Below are positions 36,140 through 50,102 of a stretch of DNA of 64,000 nucleotides, piece after piece. Positions within the stretch are counted from its first letter, which is position 1. Every line of letters begins with the position of its first letter. This DNA comes from Haliotis rufescens (taxonomy: Eukaryota): assembly GCF_023055435.1 (NCBI RefSeq), contig NW_025964223.1, forward strand, positions 44,144,001-44,208,000, given 5' to 3'. The position numbers were made by a program, and so were the translations under genes. The notes under the pieces were generated by a model. It was given only the letters and a program-made list of their open reading frames with translations, was not told where the DNA came from and searched no databases.

Positions 36140-36578
36140 TAAAGCTAGATGTTGATAATGTTTCTATCCAAATTGAACTAGGACGGTATATTAACATGCC
36201 TTCTGAGGACAGGGAGTGTTTTCAGTGTTTAAACATGATGGAAGACGAATGCCATGTTTTTTTAACAAATGCCACACTTCTCAAATTGTATCAACTCGTG
36301 AGATATACAGAAAATACAAGCCTATATGTTTACAGATAATATTTTATGTCCTCTTACCACCAAAACCTGCAATGACATTTTACAAAAAAATTAAAGTGAT
36401 TTACACAGCTACTGATCAGCTTCTGTTTTCTTTTGATATGCTAAAAAGGTAAATACATTTTAGAAGAGTCTCTCCGAACTCCGTTCGGAGTGGTCATACA
36501 TGTTTTGTACTTGTTACAATTTTGTGACGACTTGGAGTAAAAGTGTAATACAAGTCTGTCTCTCTGTCTGTTTGTCTC
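36140..36578 (+). mobile_element. Short LINE 3'-end remnant (more truncated counterpart at about 44230-44642)
   Basis: IELGRYINMPSEDRECFQCLNMMEDECH motif and GTCT-like tail. Confidence 0.6.
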
Positions 36579-36630
36579 GTCAATAGGGAAGATCGGTATG
36601 ATTATACAAAGATTGATCTCTGGGACTGCA

Positions 36631-36910
36631 GGGGGCACGGGTGGCCCAGTCGTCTAAGGCGCTGCGATTCGCTGTGCAGAGTTGCGTCCCGTGGACACGC
36701 CAGAAACCTATGACTGTGGGTTCGAATCCCGGTTCGCCCCGATTATGTTTCAAGCTTTGTCAGCACCATACCCGTGCTCGTGGGTTTCACCGAAGTGGTA
36801 AAAGTCTGAGACCTGCATCACTTCGGGCTTTCCTCCCACATTAAGCTGACACGCCGTGATATAACTGGAATACTGTTAAAAGCGGCGTTAAACACAACTC
36901 TCTCACTCAC
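36631..36910 (+). mobile_element. SINE family A
   Basis: Same body; TSD TCTGGGACTGCA. Confidence 0.88.
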
Positions 36911-37719
36911 TCTGGGACTGCAAACTTGTAAATCCTAAATGTGAACCCCGTTCACCCATTCTCACTCTCATTGGCTGGCATCAGACACACCTCGAACAGG
37001 ATGTGGTGGCCATAATAAACAGAATATGATTTATGCACTGACGTGAAAAGATGGGTTTAGCTGGGTATGGGTTGCTGCATGTGAACCACAGGTTAAACCT
37101 GCCTCGTTAGATGAGTGACTAATGTCATTAGCATGTGACATGTCAGTGCGACAATATATTGTTGATTAATTTCACAAAAACCATATGTGAAACCATATAT
37201 GAAAGAACATCTAGAAATGTCATATTTCATTTGTTGGATGTTCTAAGCTGAACAGTCTTCCACCTGTATTGCAGCGATCTGTATATAATCGAGCGCTGAC
37301 CAGACAAACCAGTGATTGATATCATATGGCACGCACTCCCCCAATCGCCACCACCCCTCTTTCTCTCTCCCCCCTCTCGTTGCTATATGGCTGTAATAAT
37401 GCCAATGCGACGTTTAATTTTAACTCACTCCCCTCTCTCCTAACTCAAGACAGTGGTGTAATGACACAAAGCATACATTTCATTATATTAATCAGAACCC
37501 AAGATTTCTGTCATATCCACCCAATCGGTTACGTCGCCTCGTATTTGTCATATTGACACGAAAATGTAACTTACCCTAATTGACAGTTATATCTTGCTAT
37601 CAATTACTCAGCGCTGATTGGACAGCTACACATATTGTGGTGTCTGTTTTGCTGTGGAATACATTAATCAACGTTGATCCCGTCAAACACCTCAGCTGTG
37701 GCAATGATCACATACATTC

Positions 37720-37773
37720 TATATAAAGTCAACAAGCATGTCCCTGGCATCTGACTTCGAGAGGCTACTCAAG
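37720..37773 (+). promoter_or_regulatory. TATA box and non-coding exon 1, copy 3
   Basis: TATATAAA 37720-37727, exon about 37749-37773, donor AAG|GTAAGT. Confidence 0.75.
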
Positions 37774-38220
37774 GTAAGTTACTGTGTGTAGATACTATTA
37801 AAAGTACGTTGATGATATTGTGTTAATTCTACTCATATAGGTTAACAATGTAGAACCTGTCCTAAAAATGTCTGTATTTGTTTGTCACTCTGGTCCATAT
37901 GGCAGATGTAGTGTTCCTCTTGTTGCAGATTTAAAAAAAATACAACTTTATTTTCAATGAAAAGCTTATCAGCGCAAATTCAGTAAATGAAAATTTCACT
38001 CAAAACGGAAAGCGTATGAGTGTGATTTCGATGTTTAAACATAACTCCAATCTTCCATGTCAAAATACAGGCGGACGCTTTGGTTACAGTCACTGACATT
38101 AGTTGTCAGCTCTCGAAACATGCATTATTTCGGGCGTTCTTCCAACGGCAAGTTAGCACCATTGTATAACTGAAATACTGTTACTGTTCCTTTTCTTTAT
38201 TTGACGTTCTTTGCTTCTAG

Positions 38221-39712
38221 ATGAGACTGCTCGTGGTGTTCCTCCTGATGGCTTTGATTGTTCTCCCCACGGAAGGACTATTCCGTCGTCGTCGTCGTCG
38301 CAGATGGCTCCGTATCAGAGGCAGCAAGGTTCTGAAAGGAATTGGCATTGCTGCCAAACTGGGACTGTTAGGAAAGAGAGGTAAGAGGATAGTTATGTTG
38401 ACAACCATCCGATCTGCAACTGCTGTCTATACGACTTTTTTTCTGCCAAATTAACGATGAAAACTATTCGCAAACATATTAACAGTCGTCATATGACCAA
38501 TATGGCATTAAATCGTGATGCACACACTTACTCATTCAATCATGTAAAACTATGACAATAATGAATGTTATTGGTGTCATGTGACGACTGTTGCTTGAAA
38601 CTTGTGTGATCACATATATTTTTAGCATTCAAGGCCTCAGCAAAGCTTTTATAATCTTTTATATAGACACGTGGAGGATAATTTGAACGAACCACTGACC
38701 AAAGTGTTATCCTATGCACCATATTGATTTGTTCCATATGGTCCCGTGATTATTCACGTGAACACATGACTTACCCTTGCAATTTAATTGTCATGAAACG
38801 ACCAATTTCATTAATTATTTGAAATTAGGTGTAAACTGGATCAGTTGCTTGACTGCATTTATCGTACCACGTCGGCATGAGCCGCTGCACATAACGTCAA
38901 CCACTTATTTGTCCGGCCTAGGACGGCTTATGTACATCGTTAAATAGGAATATTGCTGACTATATAGCACAACAAACAAACAAACCAACAAATCATACTA
39001 TTTGAATCTGTTTTACAGAACCATACAATTTAATCACGTATGTTTTGTATGTTTTCAAAACAGGAAACGATAATATATAGCTGTATAACTACAGTATTCT
39101 ATAGCAATTTATTAAATCACGATTCTTTGAATCTTCCAAGATGTGCAAGATGACCTTGCCTCTGCTGATCTGAATGAGGATGGCAACATTGACCAATCAG
39201 AAGCTGAGAATCTATTCGACAAACGAGATGCGGAACAAATCCTAAACTTGGTTGACATAGATGGCAAGTAACGAAATAGCAGATGTATAGATTTCAACCT
39301 GTCATGTGTATGTTTTTATCACAATGAAATATGCTATTGAGATTGCTGTCTGAAATTAACCTGTGTATGAGTGGTCATCCCGTCATCGTGACAGTCTCAG
39401 GGGTCCTTGCTATTAAATTGCTTTATAACTTCAATTCTAATACATATGTTTCAGAGTCATGCATTGATTTGATTATATTCCTGTCGCTTTTATCTGGCAT
39501 TCATTGTTTGTGATGGTGTTTTCAGGTGACTCAGTTGTCAGTCATGATGAGTTCATCCGAGGAATGGAAGACCTTTTCTCACAGGGTGGGTGTTGTTCTT
39601 TTTGGATACGGGTAATTTCTTATAATATAGCACGTGATTTCTCTAATTATTCGTGTAATTTCTGTCTTTCTCATATGCAATGTGTTTTTGTTTTGTTGTA
39701 GGTGACGAGTAG
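38221..39712 (+). CDS. Secreted cationic peptide / EF-hand precursor, copy 3 (spliced, 117 aa)
   Basis: Coding exons 38221-38380, 39141-39263 (GC donor), 39526-39585, 39702-39712. MRLLVVFLLMALIVLPTEG|LFRRRRRRRWLRIRGSKVLKGIGIAAKLGLL|GKR|DVQDDLASADLNEDGNIDQSEAENLFDKRDAEQILNLVDIDGDSVVSHDEFIRGMEDLFSQGDE. AATAAA at 39775-39780. Confidence 0.88.
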
Positions 39713-41363
39713 ATGCTTTCAACACTAGTGCTACAAGTGATATAATATTTCAGTGTTTCTATCCGATGCCTGAAAATAAATTATTGCAGAACAAACTGTT
39801 GTGTAATTGTTATTTGTCAGTTTTCGGAGCCTTCAGCAAATGGCTAAAACTTAAAACAAGAAATCTGAAACCGATGCTGTACAACTATTTTGAATCCATT
39901 TCTGACTCTGTTACATGTGTATGAGACAGTAATTCGGATTTAAATATTGACCAACAGAAATGACACAAGACACACAGGACTCCCTTTTTGAATGGCAAAA
40001 CACACCAGAAGCATGCATTTCATAGTAGTTATGGAGGGGCTGCATGAGCCGACACTATGTAAACTATAAACAATACAATGCAAATTGTAATCCAGACTGA
40101 AGAAGACAAACAACTGACTAGTTCCTCATTGTCAGCCTGGACATGACTACGTGTTGTTTAAAGTGGTCATCATGCATGACTGAGTTAGTATGGTTTTACG
40201 CCGCTTTTAGCAATATTCCAGCAATATCACGGCGGGGGACACCAGAAATGGGCTTCACACATTGTACCCACGTCGGGAATCGAACCCGGGTCTTCGGCGT
40301 GACCATTTGACCATTAGGCTGGTAATCATGACATGACAATACATATACATGTATTTCATTAAGGGAGAGCATTGGTCCGAAACGACCTAGGACCGTCCAA
40401 ATATTGTTTCATCCACAAAAGACTTAAAGGTTTTATAATTACAAAGGACTATTTGTCTTTACGTCTGGGTCGACATTCAATTCCCCTGACAAGGCATGGC
40501 CTGTTTCACGATTGTAATCATGTTAAAACAACACCAGCGAGTTGAAAGGCGTAGTTCATGATCAGTAATAAATAGGAAATCATGTCCGCCAAGAAGAGAA
40601 AGTTAAATTGTACAGCACATGTAACCATGTCGTGTAAGGTGTTCCTCCTACGTCAAGTTGAAATTGTATTCATAGCTTGCGATAAACCCACCTCACGCAC
40701 TCACGCTTTGTGATCGTTAGTCTACCGATATGCACTTTGAAATCACTCTGGACATTAGTCGAGGCTTTATTCAAAACTGCATGACTTGTGTTGCGAGGGT
40801 TAATAAATGTGCAATTTTGCAGATCTAGATGTGGAACGAATGGTCCATATGCACATTCAATAAATGAATATTCCCCAAATTCCTCTACGTTTTAAGGAGG
40901 GCAACTATAATGAAAACAATATAGGCATGAACCAACCGTGCTTAATGAGGAATGTGGTAGAGCATGGTTTCACTGCAATGTATACGATCGATATACTCTT
41001 GTCATGAAGAGTATTGTTTTACGCTGTTGTGATTACAACACGGGTTTAACGAAAACTACCATGAACAAGAGGTGCAATAATTTGTACTGTCTCTATTAAC
41101 ATTGCATTTAAATTTATAGAAACAGATAACAATTGAATTTTCCAAACGTCATAGCTTGAGAAAATGATCTACGCTTCACTATGATGATGTAAAACTGTTG
41201 TACATGCAGAATGTCGGACATTGTGACCTAAGGGGTAATGCCAATTCTCAAACTCACTCCGTTTTAAAAAAGAGAATTATTTCTGTGGTTTTCAATCTTG
41301 AATATGTTGCCAAAAGTGAAAGTCGTTTGTTTATAAGTTGAACATGATAGGGGTTCCACATAA

Positions 41364-41972
41364 ATGGAAAAGAACGAGTACCAAACAGTCATCAAGTTTT
41401 GACTTTTGAGTAAAGTACACCCCAAGTAATTCCTGACCGCATGTCACAAGTGTGTGCGGGGAAGTGTCCTAGCTATTCCACTGTTAAACGTTGGGCAGCT
41501 ATGTTTAAGGCTGTGAGAACAAGCCTTGAAGGTGAGCCTAGGTTTGGACGTCCCTCAACTTCCATCAATGAAGATTCAATCAAGGAGGCAGAAAAACTTA
41601 TACTTTCAGATAGACACCATTGCTTAACTTGAGGAAGACTCAGGTCTAAACCATGGATCCATTGAAAATATTATTTATGAAATGTACAGATGAATAACAC
41701 ATCTACTCGTTAGGTGCCAAAGTTTCTAAATTCTGATCTTAAGGAAAAAAAAACTGACATTGCCAGATGAAATGAGCAATTTGATGATGATTTCGTCAAA
41801 TTCAAAAAAGAGATTAGTATAGGGTGATGAAACATGGGTCTACCACTATGATCCCGTGTTGAAACGTCAATCCATGGAATGGCACCATAACACTTCTCCG
41901 GCACCAAAGAAATTCAAATCTTCAAGACCAGTGAAGAAAGTTATGGGCACTGTATTCTTGGATGCAAAGGAT
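41364..41972 (+). mobile_element. Mariner transposase relic (N-terminal half)
   Basis: MEKNEY..VIKF, PSYSTVKRW..F, PRFGRPST, (W)VPKFL, GDETWVYHYDP..KRQSMEW, KVMGTVF.D; frameshifted. Confidence 0.85.
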
Positions 41973-42981
41973 GATTACTTAAAAAGTCTTAGAAATGCCT
42001 CTTCTCAACATTCAAATGTCTCGATTTGTCAACCATGTCAATTGGTTCCTTTGTTACAATTCACATGTTTTGGAGTTATTTATGACTGTACCCGCTGCAA
42101 TAAAATTTAGTTTTAACAACTATTGACCAGGAAATCCACACTTCTGAATGCAAAACAATGTCAGTAAATGACAAAACCTTCTTTCATCGTCTGATAAGAA
42201 ATACGATACATGTTCATTTTAATAAACGGAACTGGGTGAACTAATTAATTTAAGGGAGTGAACATTGTTTTGCCACGACAGGACACAACATTGTTATTTG
42301 TATATACAGCCGAATCTCATTATCTCAAACTCCGTTATCTCCAATGTACCGACATCTCACAATCAGAATTTGGAATATATTTCAAATTTGAAATAAAAAC
42401 TGGCAATTATATATTACACATGTATACATACATACGATGTACACACATTAGAGATCTCATATCCTGCTTGACAGCAAACTTGATATCAAATGACTCGAAG
42501 TGAATCATGCAGTCCCCTATCAACACCTGACACACCTCTTACAGGATGCAGTTGAACGTGATCTATGTGCGTTGACGACAAAACGTGGCTAAGGCTGAAG
42601 TTGTCACTGGTCAGAGTGACTGTAGCTATTATTATTTGTCATTTCCTTATACCACATTTAGATGATTCATTGTTGATATTTGATCCCTGTCAGATTAAGC
42701 GTTTTGTACAAATTTGGTTTGATAATATATACTGAGTCAAATTAAAACTTCTCAAATTGTATCAACTCGTGATCATGAGATACATTTTTAAAAGTAATCC
42801 CATATATGATATACAACGGACAAATGTATCAGAGAAGGTAATTTTTAATCATGAATGTCCAAAGAAGGATTTTAATTAACGATGGTAACCATAATTTGTT
42901 CCAAGCACCTACGGTATTCGGTAATAACATCAACAGTTTAAATGATAAGTCCCAAGCACGAGAATCTGATGGCACACAAGT

Positions 42982-43465
42982 TCAGTAGCGTGTATGGCCA
43001 CCATGTGCGTTTACAACTGCCATACAACGCCTCCGCATTGACCTTGTGATGCTTGTGAACACATGATTTGGAAGACGACGCCATTGTTGCTGCAAAATGG
43101 TGCCAAGATCTTGCAAATTCTGTGGTTGGTTCTGGAGAGTGCGCAGACTACTGCCAAGAGCATCCCAGACGAGTTCGATGGGATTGAGGTCGGGAGACTT
43201 TGACGGCCAGTCCATGACGTTGACTCCCGCATTCTGAAGGAAATTCCTTGTCAAAATTGCTGTGTGGGGTCTGGCATTGTCGTGGTGGAAGATCAAACCG
43301 GGTCCAAGTGCTGCCATAAAAGGCAGAAGTTCTGGTGCCAGTACCTGGTCGCCGTAAGCAGCAGCGTTGAGGTTGCCACGGATGACAAGAAGCCTGGAAC
43401 GTGCATTGCCACAGAAAGCACCCCACACCATGACACTTCCGCCTCGAAATTTGTCAACTTCCTGT
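42982..43465 (-). mobile_element. Tc1-like transposase C-terminal fragment at the duplication junction
   Basis: GGSVMVWGAF, FHHDNARPH, WPSKSPDLNPIELVWD, GGHTRY*; the ORF N-terminus is read-in from unit B sequence. Confidence 0.9.
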
Positions 43466-44696
43466 ACACAACATAGTATAAAAAATATCACAGCGAAAAT
43501 TCTATTCACCATTTTATTCACCTATGACCATAGCAATACATGTACGTATACACGACCTGTCGTAGTATGTGAATAAATTCCTTTTATTTGATATTTTAAG
43601 CTGGATCTTTGACGTTTTGTGTAATAGCCTCCTGACCTGACGCCGCCTTAAACACCATTTCACTCATATGTGTAAGCTTAAATACTCAACGAAATTCACA
43701 AAGAATAGGCTTCAGGCCTGGATAAAATAATATATTGTTTATTCACATAGTAAGTACACAATATCTTTCAATATAACTTTACGTAGCTAAACGTTGGCAC
43801 AAATGCCATTTGTTCAATATATCCGATTAAACGGGTTTTGTCTATAACCCCGTAGCACTAATACAATGTTTTCAAAGATAATATGAGACAGGTATAAATT
43901 ATTATCACTGGATTATGTATAAATATCAAGCAAGGTTCCAAGCTGATCACTCCTCCTTTTGTGTAGTGTATAGTGACGTGACAGAGGCTTTCGGCTCAGA
44001 TTAGAATGCTGAACGAGTGTTCTCGAATAATATTTATCTGAGACATATAGTGTGCCATTATCCCTCGTAGAGTCTCAATCCTTGGATATTTCATAGATGC
44101 CGTTAATATATATAGCAATAAGGACGATTTTGTGTCCATCAAACAAATACTTGTTTTTGTAAAACCTGAAGCAAAAATAAATATTTGCCAGTATTTGCTG
44201 AAACAAATTAATTTCCCAACCCCTCTCCTGAGTGTTTTCAGTGTTTGAACATTATGGAAGACGAATGCCATGCTATAATTTAAAATTGTCCTGTGTATAA
44301 TGTTGAGCGATGTAGTTTCCTTAACAAATGCCACACTTCTCAAATTGTATCAACTCGTGATCATGAGATATACAGGAAATACATGCCTATATGTTTACAG
44401 ATAAAATTTTATGTCCTCTTACCACCAAAACCTGCAATAACATTTTACCAAAAAAATAAAATGATTTACACAGCTGCTGATCAGCTTCTGTTTTCTTTTG
44501 ATATGTGCAATAGGTAAATACATTTCAGAAGAGTCTCTCCGAACTCCGTTCGGAGTGGTCATACATGTATTGTACTTGTTACAATTTTGTGACGACTTGG
44601 AGTAAAAGTGTAATACAAGTCTGTCTCTCTGTCTGTTTGTTTCGTCAATAGGGAAGATCGGTATGATTATACAAAGATTGATCTCTGGGACTGCAA

Positions 44697-44979
44697 GGGG
44701 CACGGGTGGCCCAGTCGTCTAAGGCGCTGCGATTCGCTGTGCAGAGTTGCTTCCCGTGGACACGCCAGAAACCTATGATTGTGGGTTCGAATCCCGGTTC
44801 GCCCAGATTATGTTTCAAGCTTTGTCAGCACCAAACCCGTGCTCGTGGGATTAACCGAAGTGGTAAACGTCTGAGACCTGCATCACTTCGGGCTTTCCTC
44901 CCACATTAAGCTGACACGCCGTGATATAACTGGAATACTGTTAAAAGCGGCGTTAAACACAACTCACTCACTCACCCAC
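44697..44979 (+). mobile_element. SINE family A (duplicate of 36631 insertion)
   Basis: Same site and TSD in duplication unit B. Confidence 0.88.
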
Positions 44980-45808
44980 TCTGGGACTGCAAACTTGTAA
45001 ATCCTAAATGTGACCCCCGTTCACCCATTCTCACTCTCACTGGCTGGCATCAGACACACCTCTAACAGGATGTGATGGCCATAATAAACAGAATATGATT
45101 TATGCACTGACGTGAAAAGATGGGTTTAGCTTGGTATGGGTTGCTGCATGTGAACCACAGGTTAAACCTGCCTCTTTGGATGAGTGGCTTATGTCATTAG
45201 CATGTGACATGTTAGTGCGACAATATATTGTTGACTAATTTCACAGAAACCATATGTGATTTTGTGAAAGAACATCTAGGAATGTTATATTTCATTTTTT
45301 GGATGTTCTAAGCGGAACAGTCTTCCACCTGTATTGCAGCGATCCGTATATAATCGAGCGCTGACCAGACAAACCAGTAATTGATATCATATGCCATGCA
45401 CTCACCCAATCCCTCAATCGCCACCACCTCTCTCTCTCTCTTCCCCCCTGTCGTCGCTATATGGCTGGAATAATGCCGATCCAAAGTTAAATTTTAACTC
45501 ACTCACTCCCCTCTCTCCTAACTCAAGACAGTGGTGTAATAACACAAAGCATACCTTTAATTATTTTAATCAGAACCCCATGCCAGATGTATGTCATATC
45601 CACCCAATCGGTTACGTCGCCTCCTATTTGTCATATTGACACGGAAATGTAACTTATAATTACCCTAATTGATAGTTATATCTTGCTTTCAATTACTCAG
45701 CGCTGATTGGACAGCTACACATATTGTGGTGTCTGATGTGCTGTGGAATACATTATTCAACCTTGATCCCATCAAACACCTCAGCTGTGGCAATGATCAC
45801 ATACATTC

Positions 45809-45862
45809 TATATAAAGTCAACAAGCATGTCCCTGGCATCTGACTTCGAGAGGCTACTCAAG
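45809..45862 (+). promoter_or_regulatory. TATA box and non-coding exon 1, copy 4
   Basis: TATATAAA 45809-45816, exon about 45838-45862, donor AAG|GTAAGT. Confidence 0.75.
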
Positions 45863-46367
45863 GTAAGTTACTGTGTGTAGATACTATTAAAAGTACGTTG
45901 ATGATATTGCGTTAATTCTACTCATATAGGTTAACAGATGTAGAACCAGTCCTAAAAATGTCTGTATTTGTTTGTCACTCTGGTCCATATGGCAGATGTG
46001 ATGTTCCTCTTGTTGCAGATTAAAAAAAATACAACTTTATTTTCAATGAAAAGCTTATCAGCGCAAATTCAGTAAATGAAAATTTCACTCAAAACGGAAA
46101 GCATATGAGTGTGATTTCGATTTTGACAAAGTAACTGTCAGATTCTGAGTCTCGAAGTTTAAACATAACTCCAATCTTCCATGTCAAAATATAGGCGGAA
46201 GCTTTGGTTACAGTCACTGACATTAGTTGTCAGCTCTCGAAACATGCATCATTTCGGGCGTTCTTCCAACGGCAAGTTAGCACCATTGTATAACTGAAAT
46301 ACTGTTACTGTTCCTTTTCTGTTACTATGCGTATCTGATTGCTTTATTTGACGTTCTTTGCTTCTAG

Positions 46368-47844
46368 ATGAGACTGCTCGTGGTGTTCCTCCTGATGGCG
46401 TTGATTGTTCTCCCCACGGAAGGACTGTTTCGTCGTCGTCGTCGTCGCAGATGGCTCCGAATCAGAGGCAGAAAGGTTCTGAAAGGAATTGGCATTGCTG
46501 CCAAACTGGGACTGTTAGGAAAGAGAGGTAAGAGGATAGTTATGTTGACAACCATCCGATCTGCAACTGCTGTCTATTCGACTTTTTTTCTGCCAAATTA
46601 ACGATGAAAACTATTCGCAAACATATCAATAGTCGTCATATCACCAATATGACATTAAATCGTGATGCACACACTTACTCATTCAATCATGTACAACCAT
46701 GGCAATAATAAATGTTATTTGTGTCATGTGACGACTGTTGCTTGAAACGTGTGTGATCACATATATTTTTAGCATTCAAGGCCTCAGCAAAGCTTTTATA
46801 ATCTTTTATATAGACACGTGGAGGATAATTTGAACGAACCACTGACCAAAGTGTTATCCGATGCACCATATTGACTTGTTCACGTGAACACATGACTTAC
46901 CCTTGCAATATAAGTGTCATGAAACGACCAATTTCGTTAATCATTTGAAATTAAGCGTAAACCGGATAACTTGCTTGACTGCATTTATCGTACCACGTCG
47001 GCATGAGCCGCTGCACATAACGTCAACCACTTATTTGTCCGGCCTAGGACGGCTTATGTACATCGTTAAATAGGAATATTGCTGACTATATAGCACAACA
47101 AACAACGAACCAACAAATCATACTATTTGAATCTGTTTTACAGAACCACACAATTTAATCACGTAAGTTTTGTATGTTTTCAAAACAGGAAACGATAATA
47201 TATAGCTGTATAACTACAGTATTCTATAGCAATTTATTAAATCACGATTCTTTGAATCTTCCAAGATGTGCAAGATGACCTTGCCTCTGCTGATCTGAAT
47301 GAGGATGGCAACATTGACCAATCAGAAGCTGAGAATCTATTCGACAAACGAGATGCGGAACAAATCCTAAACTTGGTTGACATAGATGGCAAGTAACGAA
47401 ATAGCAGATGTATAGATTTCAACCTGTCATGTGTATGTTTTTATCACAATAAAAATATGCTTTTGAGATTGCTGTCTGAAATTAACCTGTGTATGAGTGG
47501 TCACCCCGTCATCGTGACGTCGACAGTCTCATGGGTCCTTGCTATTAAACTGCTTTATAACTTCAACTCTAATACATATGTTTCAGAGTCATGCATTGAT
47601 TTGATTATATTCCTGTCGTTTGTATCTGGCATTCATTGTTTGTGATGGTGTTTTCAGGTGACTCAGTTGTCAGTCATGATGAGTTCATCCGAGGAATGGA
47701 AGACCTTTTCTCACAGGGTGGGTGTTGTTCTTTTTGGATACGGGTAATTTCTTATAATATAGCACGTGATTTCTCTAATTATTCGTGTAATTTCTGTCTT
47801 TCTCATATGCAATGTGTTTTTGTTTTGTTGTAGGTGACGAGTAG
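46368..47844 (+). CDS. Secreted cationic peptide / EF-hand precursor, copy 4 (spliced, 117 aa)
   Basis: Coding exons 46368-46527, 47266-47388 (GC donor), 47658-47717, 47834-47844. Same protein as copy 3 except S35R (GRKVLKG). AATAAA at 47907-47912. Confidence 0.88.
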
Positions 47845-49493
47845 ATGCTTTCAACACTAGTGCTACAAGTGATATAATATTTCAGTGTTTCTATCCGATG
47901 CCTGAAAATAAATTATTGCAGAACAAACTGTTGTGTAATTGTTATTTGTCAGTTTTCGAAGCCTTCAGCAAATGGCTAAAACTTAAAACAAGAAATCTGA
48001 AACAGGTGCTGTACAACTATTTTGAATCCATTTCTGACTCTGTTACATGTGTATGAGACAGTAATTCGGGTTTAAATATTGACCAACAGAAATGACACAA
48101 GACACACAGGACTCCCGTTTTGAATGGCAAAACACACCAGCAGCATGCATTTCATAGTAGTTATGGAGGGGCTGCATGAGCCGACACTATGTAAACTATA
48201 AACAATACAATGCAAATTGTAATCCAGACTGAAGAAGACAAACAATTGACTAGTTCCTCATTGTCAGCCTGGACATGACTACGTGTTGTTTAAAGTGGTC
48301 ATCATGCATGACTGAGTTAGTATGGTTTTACGCCGCTTTTAGCAATATTCCAGCAATATCACGGCGGGGGACACCAGAAATGGGCTTCACAAATTGTACC
48401 CACGTCGGGAATCGAACCCGGGTCTTCGGCGTGACCATTTGACCATTAGGCTGGCAATCATGACATGACAATACATATACATGTATTTCATTAAGGAGAG
48501 CATTGGTCCGAAACGACCTAGGACCGTCCAAATATTGTTTCATCCACAAAAGACTTAAAGGTTTTATAATTACAAAGGACTATTTGTCTTTACGTCTGGG
48601 TCGACATTCAATTCCCCTGATCATGACAAGGCATGGCCTGTTTCACGATTGTAATCATGTTAAAACAACACCAGCGAGTTGAAAGGCGTAGTTCATGATC
48701 AGTAATAAATAGGAAATCATGTCCGCCAAGAAGAGAAAGTTAAATTGTACAGCACATGTAACCATGTCGTGTAAGGTGTTCCTCCTACGTCAAGTTGAAA
48801 TTGTATTCATAGCTTGCGATAAACCCACCTCACGCACTCACGCTTTGTGATCGTTAGTCTACCGATATGCACTTTGAAATCACTCTGGACATTAGTCGGA
48901 GCTTTATTCAAAACTGCATGACTTGTGTTGCGAGGGTTAATAAATGTGCAATTTTGCAGATCTAGATGTGGAACGAATGGTCCATATGCACATTCAATAA
49001 ATGAATATTCCCCAAATTCCTCTACGTTTTAAGGAGGGCAACTATAATGAAAACAATATAGGCATTAACCAACCGTGCTTAATGAGGAATGTGGTAGAGC
49101 ATGGTTTCACTGCAATGTATACGATCGATATACTCTTGTCATGAAGAGTATTGTTTTACGCTGTTGTGATTACAACACGGGTTTAACGAAAACTACCATG
49201 AACAAGAGGTGCAATTATTTGTACTGTCTCTATTAACATTGCATTTAAATTTATAGAAACAGATAATAATTGAATTTTCCAAACGTCATAGCTTGAGAAA
49301 ATGATCTACGCTTCACTATAATGATGTAAAACTGTTGTACATGCAGAATGTCGGACATTGTGACCTAATGCCAATTCTCAAACTCACTCCGTTTTAAAAA
49401 AGAGAATTATTTCTGTGGTTTTCAATCTTGAATATGTTGCCAAAAGTGAAAGTCGTTTGTATATAAGTTGAACGTGATAGGGGTTCCACATAA

Positions 49494-50102
49494 ATGGAAA
49501 AGAACGAGTACCAAACAGTCATCAAGTTTTGACTTTTGAGTAAAGTACACCCCAAGTAATTCCTGACCGCATGTCACAAGTGTGTGCGGGGAAGTGTCCT
49601 AGCTATTCCACTGTTAAACGTTGGGCAGCTATGTTTAAGGCTGTGAGAACAAGCCTTGAAGGTGAGCCTAGGTTTGGACGTCCCTCAACTTCCATCAATG
49701 AAGATTCAATCAAGGAGGCAGAAAAACTTATACTTTCAGATAGACACCATTGCTTAACTTGAGAAGGACTCAGGTCTAAACCATGGATCCATTGAAAATA
49801 TTATTTATGAAATGTACAGATGAATAACACATCTACTCGTTAGGTGCCAAAGTTTCTAAATTCTGATCTTAAGGAAAACATAACTGACATTGCCAGATGA
49901 AATGAGTTAATTGATGATGATTTCGTCAAATTCAAAAAAGAGATTAGTATAGGGTGATGAAACATGGGTCTACCACCATGATCCCGTGTTGAAACGTCAA
50001 TCCATGGAATGGCACCATTACACTTCTCCGACACCAAAGAAATTCAAATCTTCAAGACCAGTGAAGAAAGTTATGGGCACTGCATTCTTGGATGCAAAGG
50101 AT
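49494..50102 (+). mobile_element. Mariner transposase relic, duplicate of 41364-41972
   Basis: Same motifs; part of duplication unit B. Confidence 0.85.
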
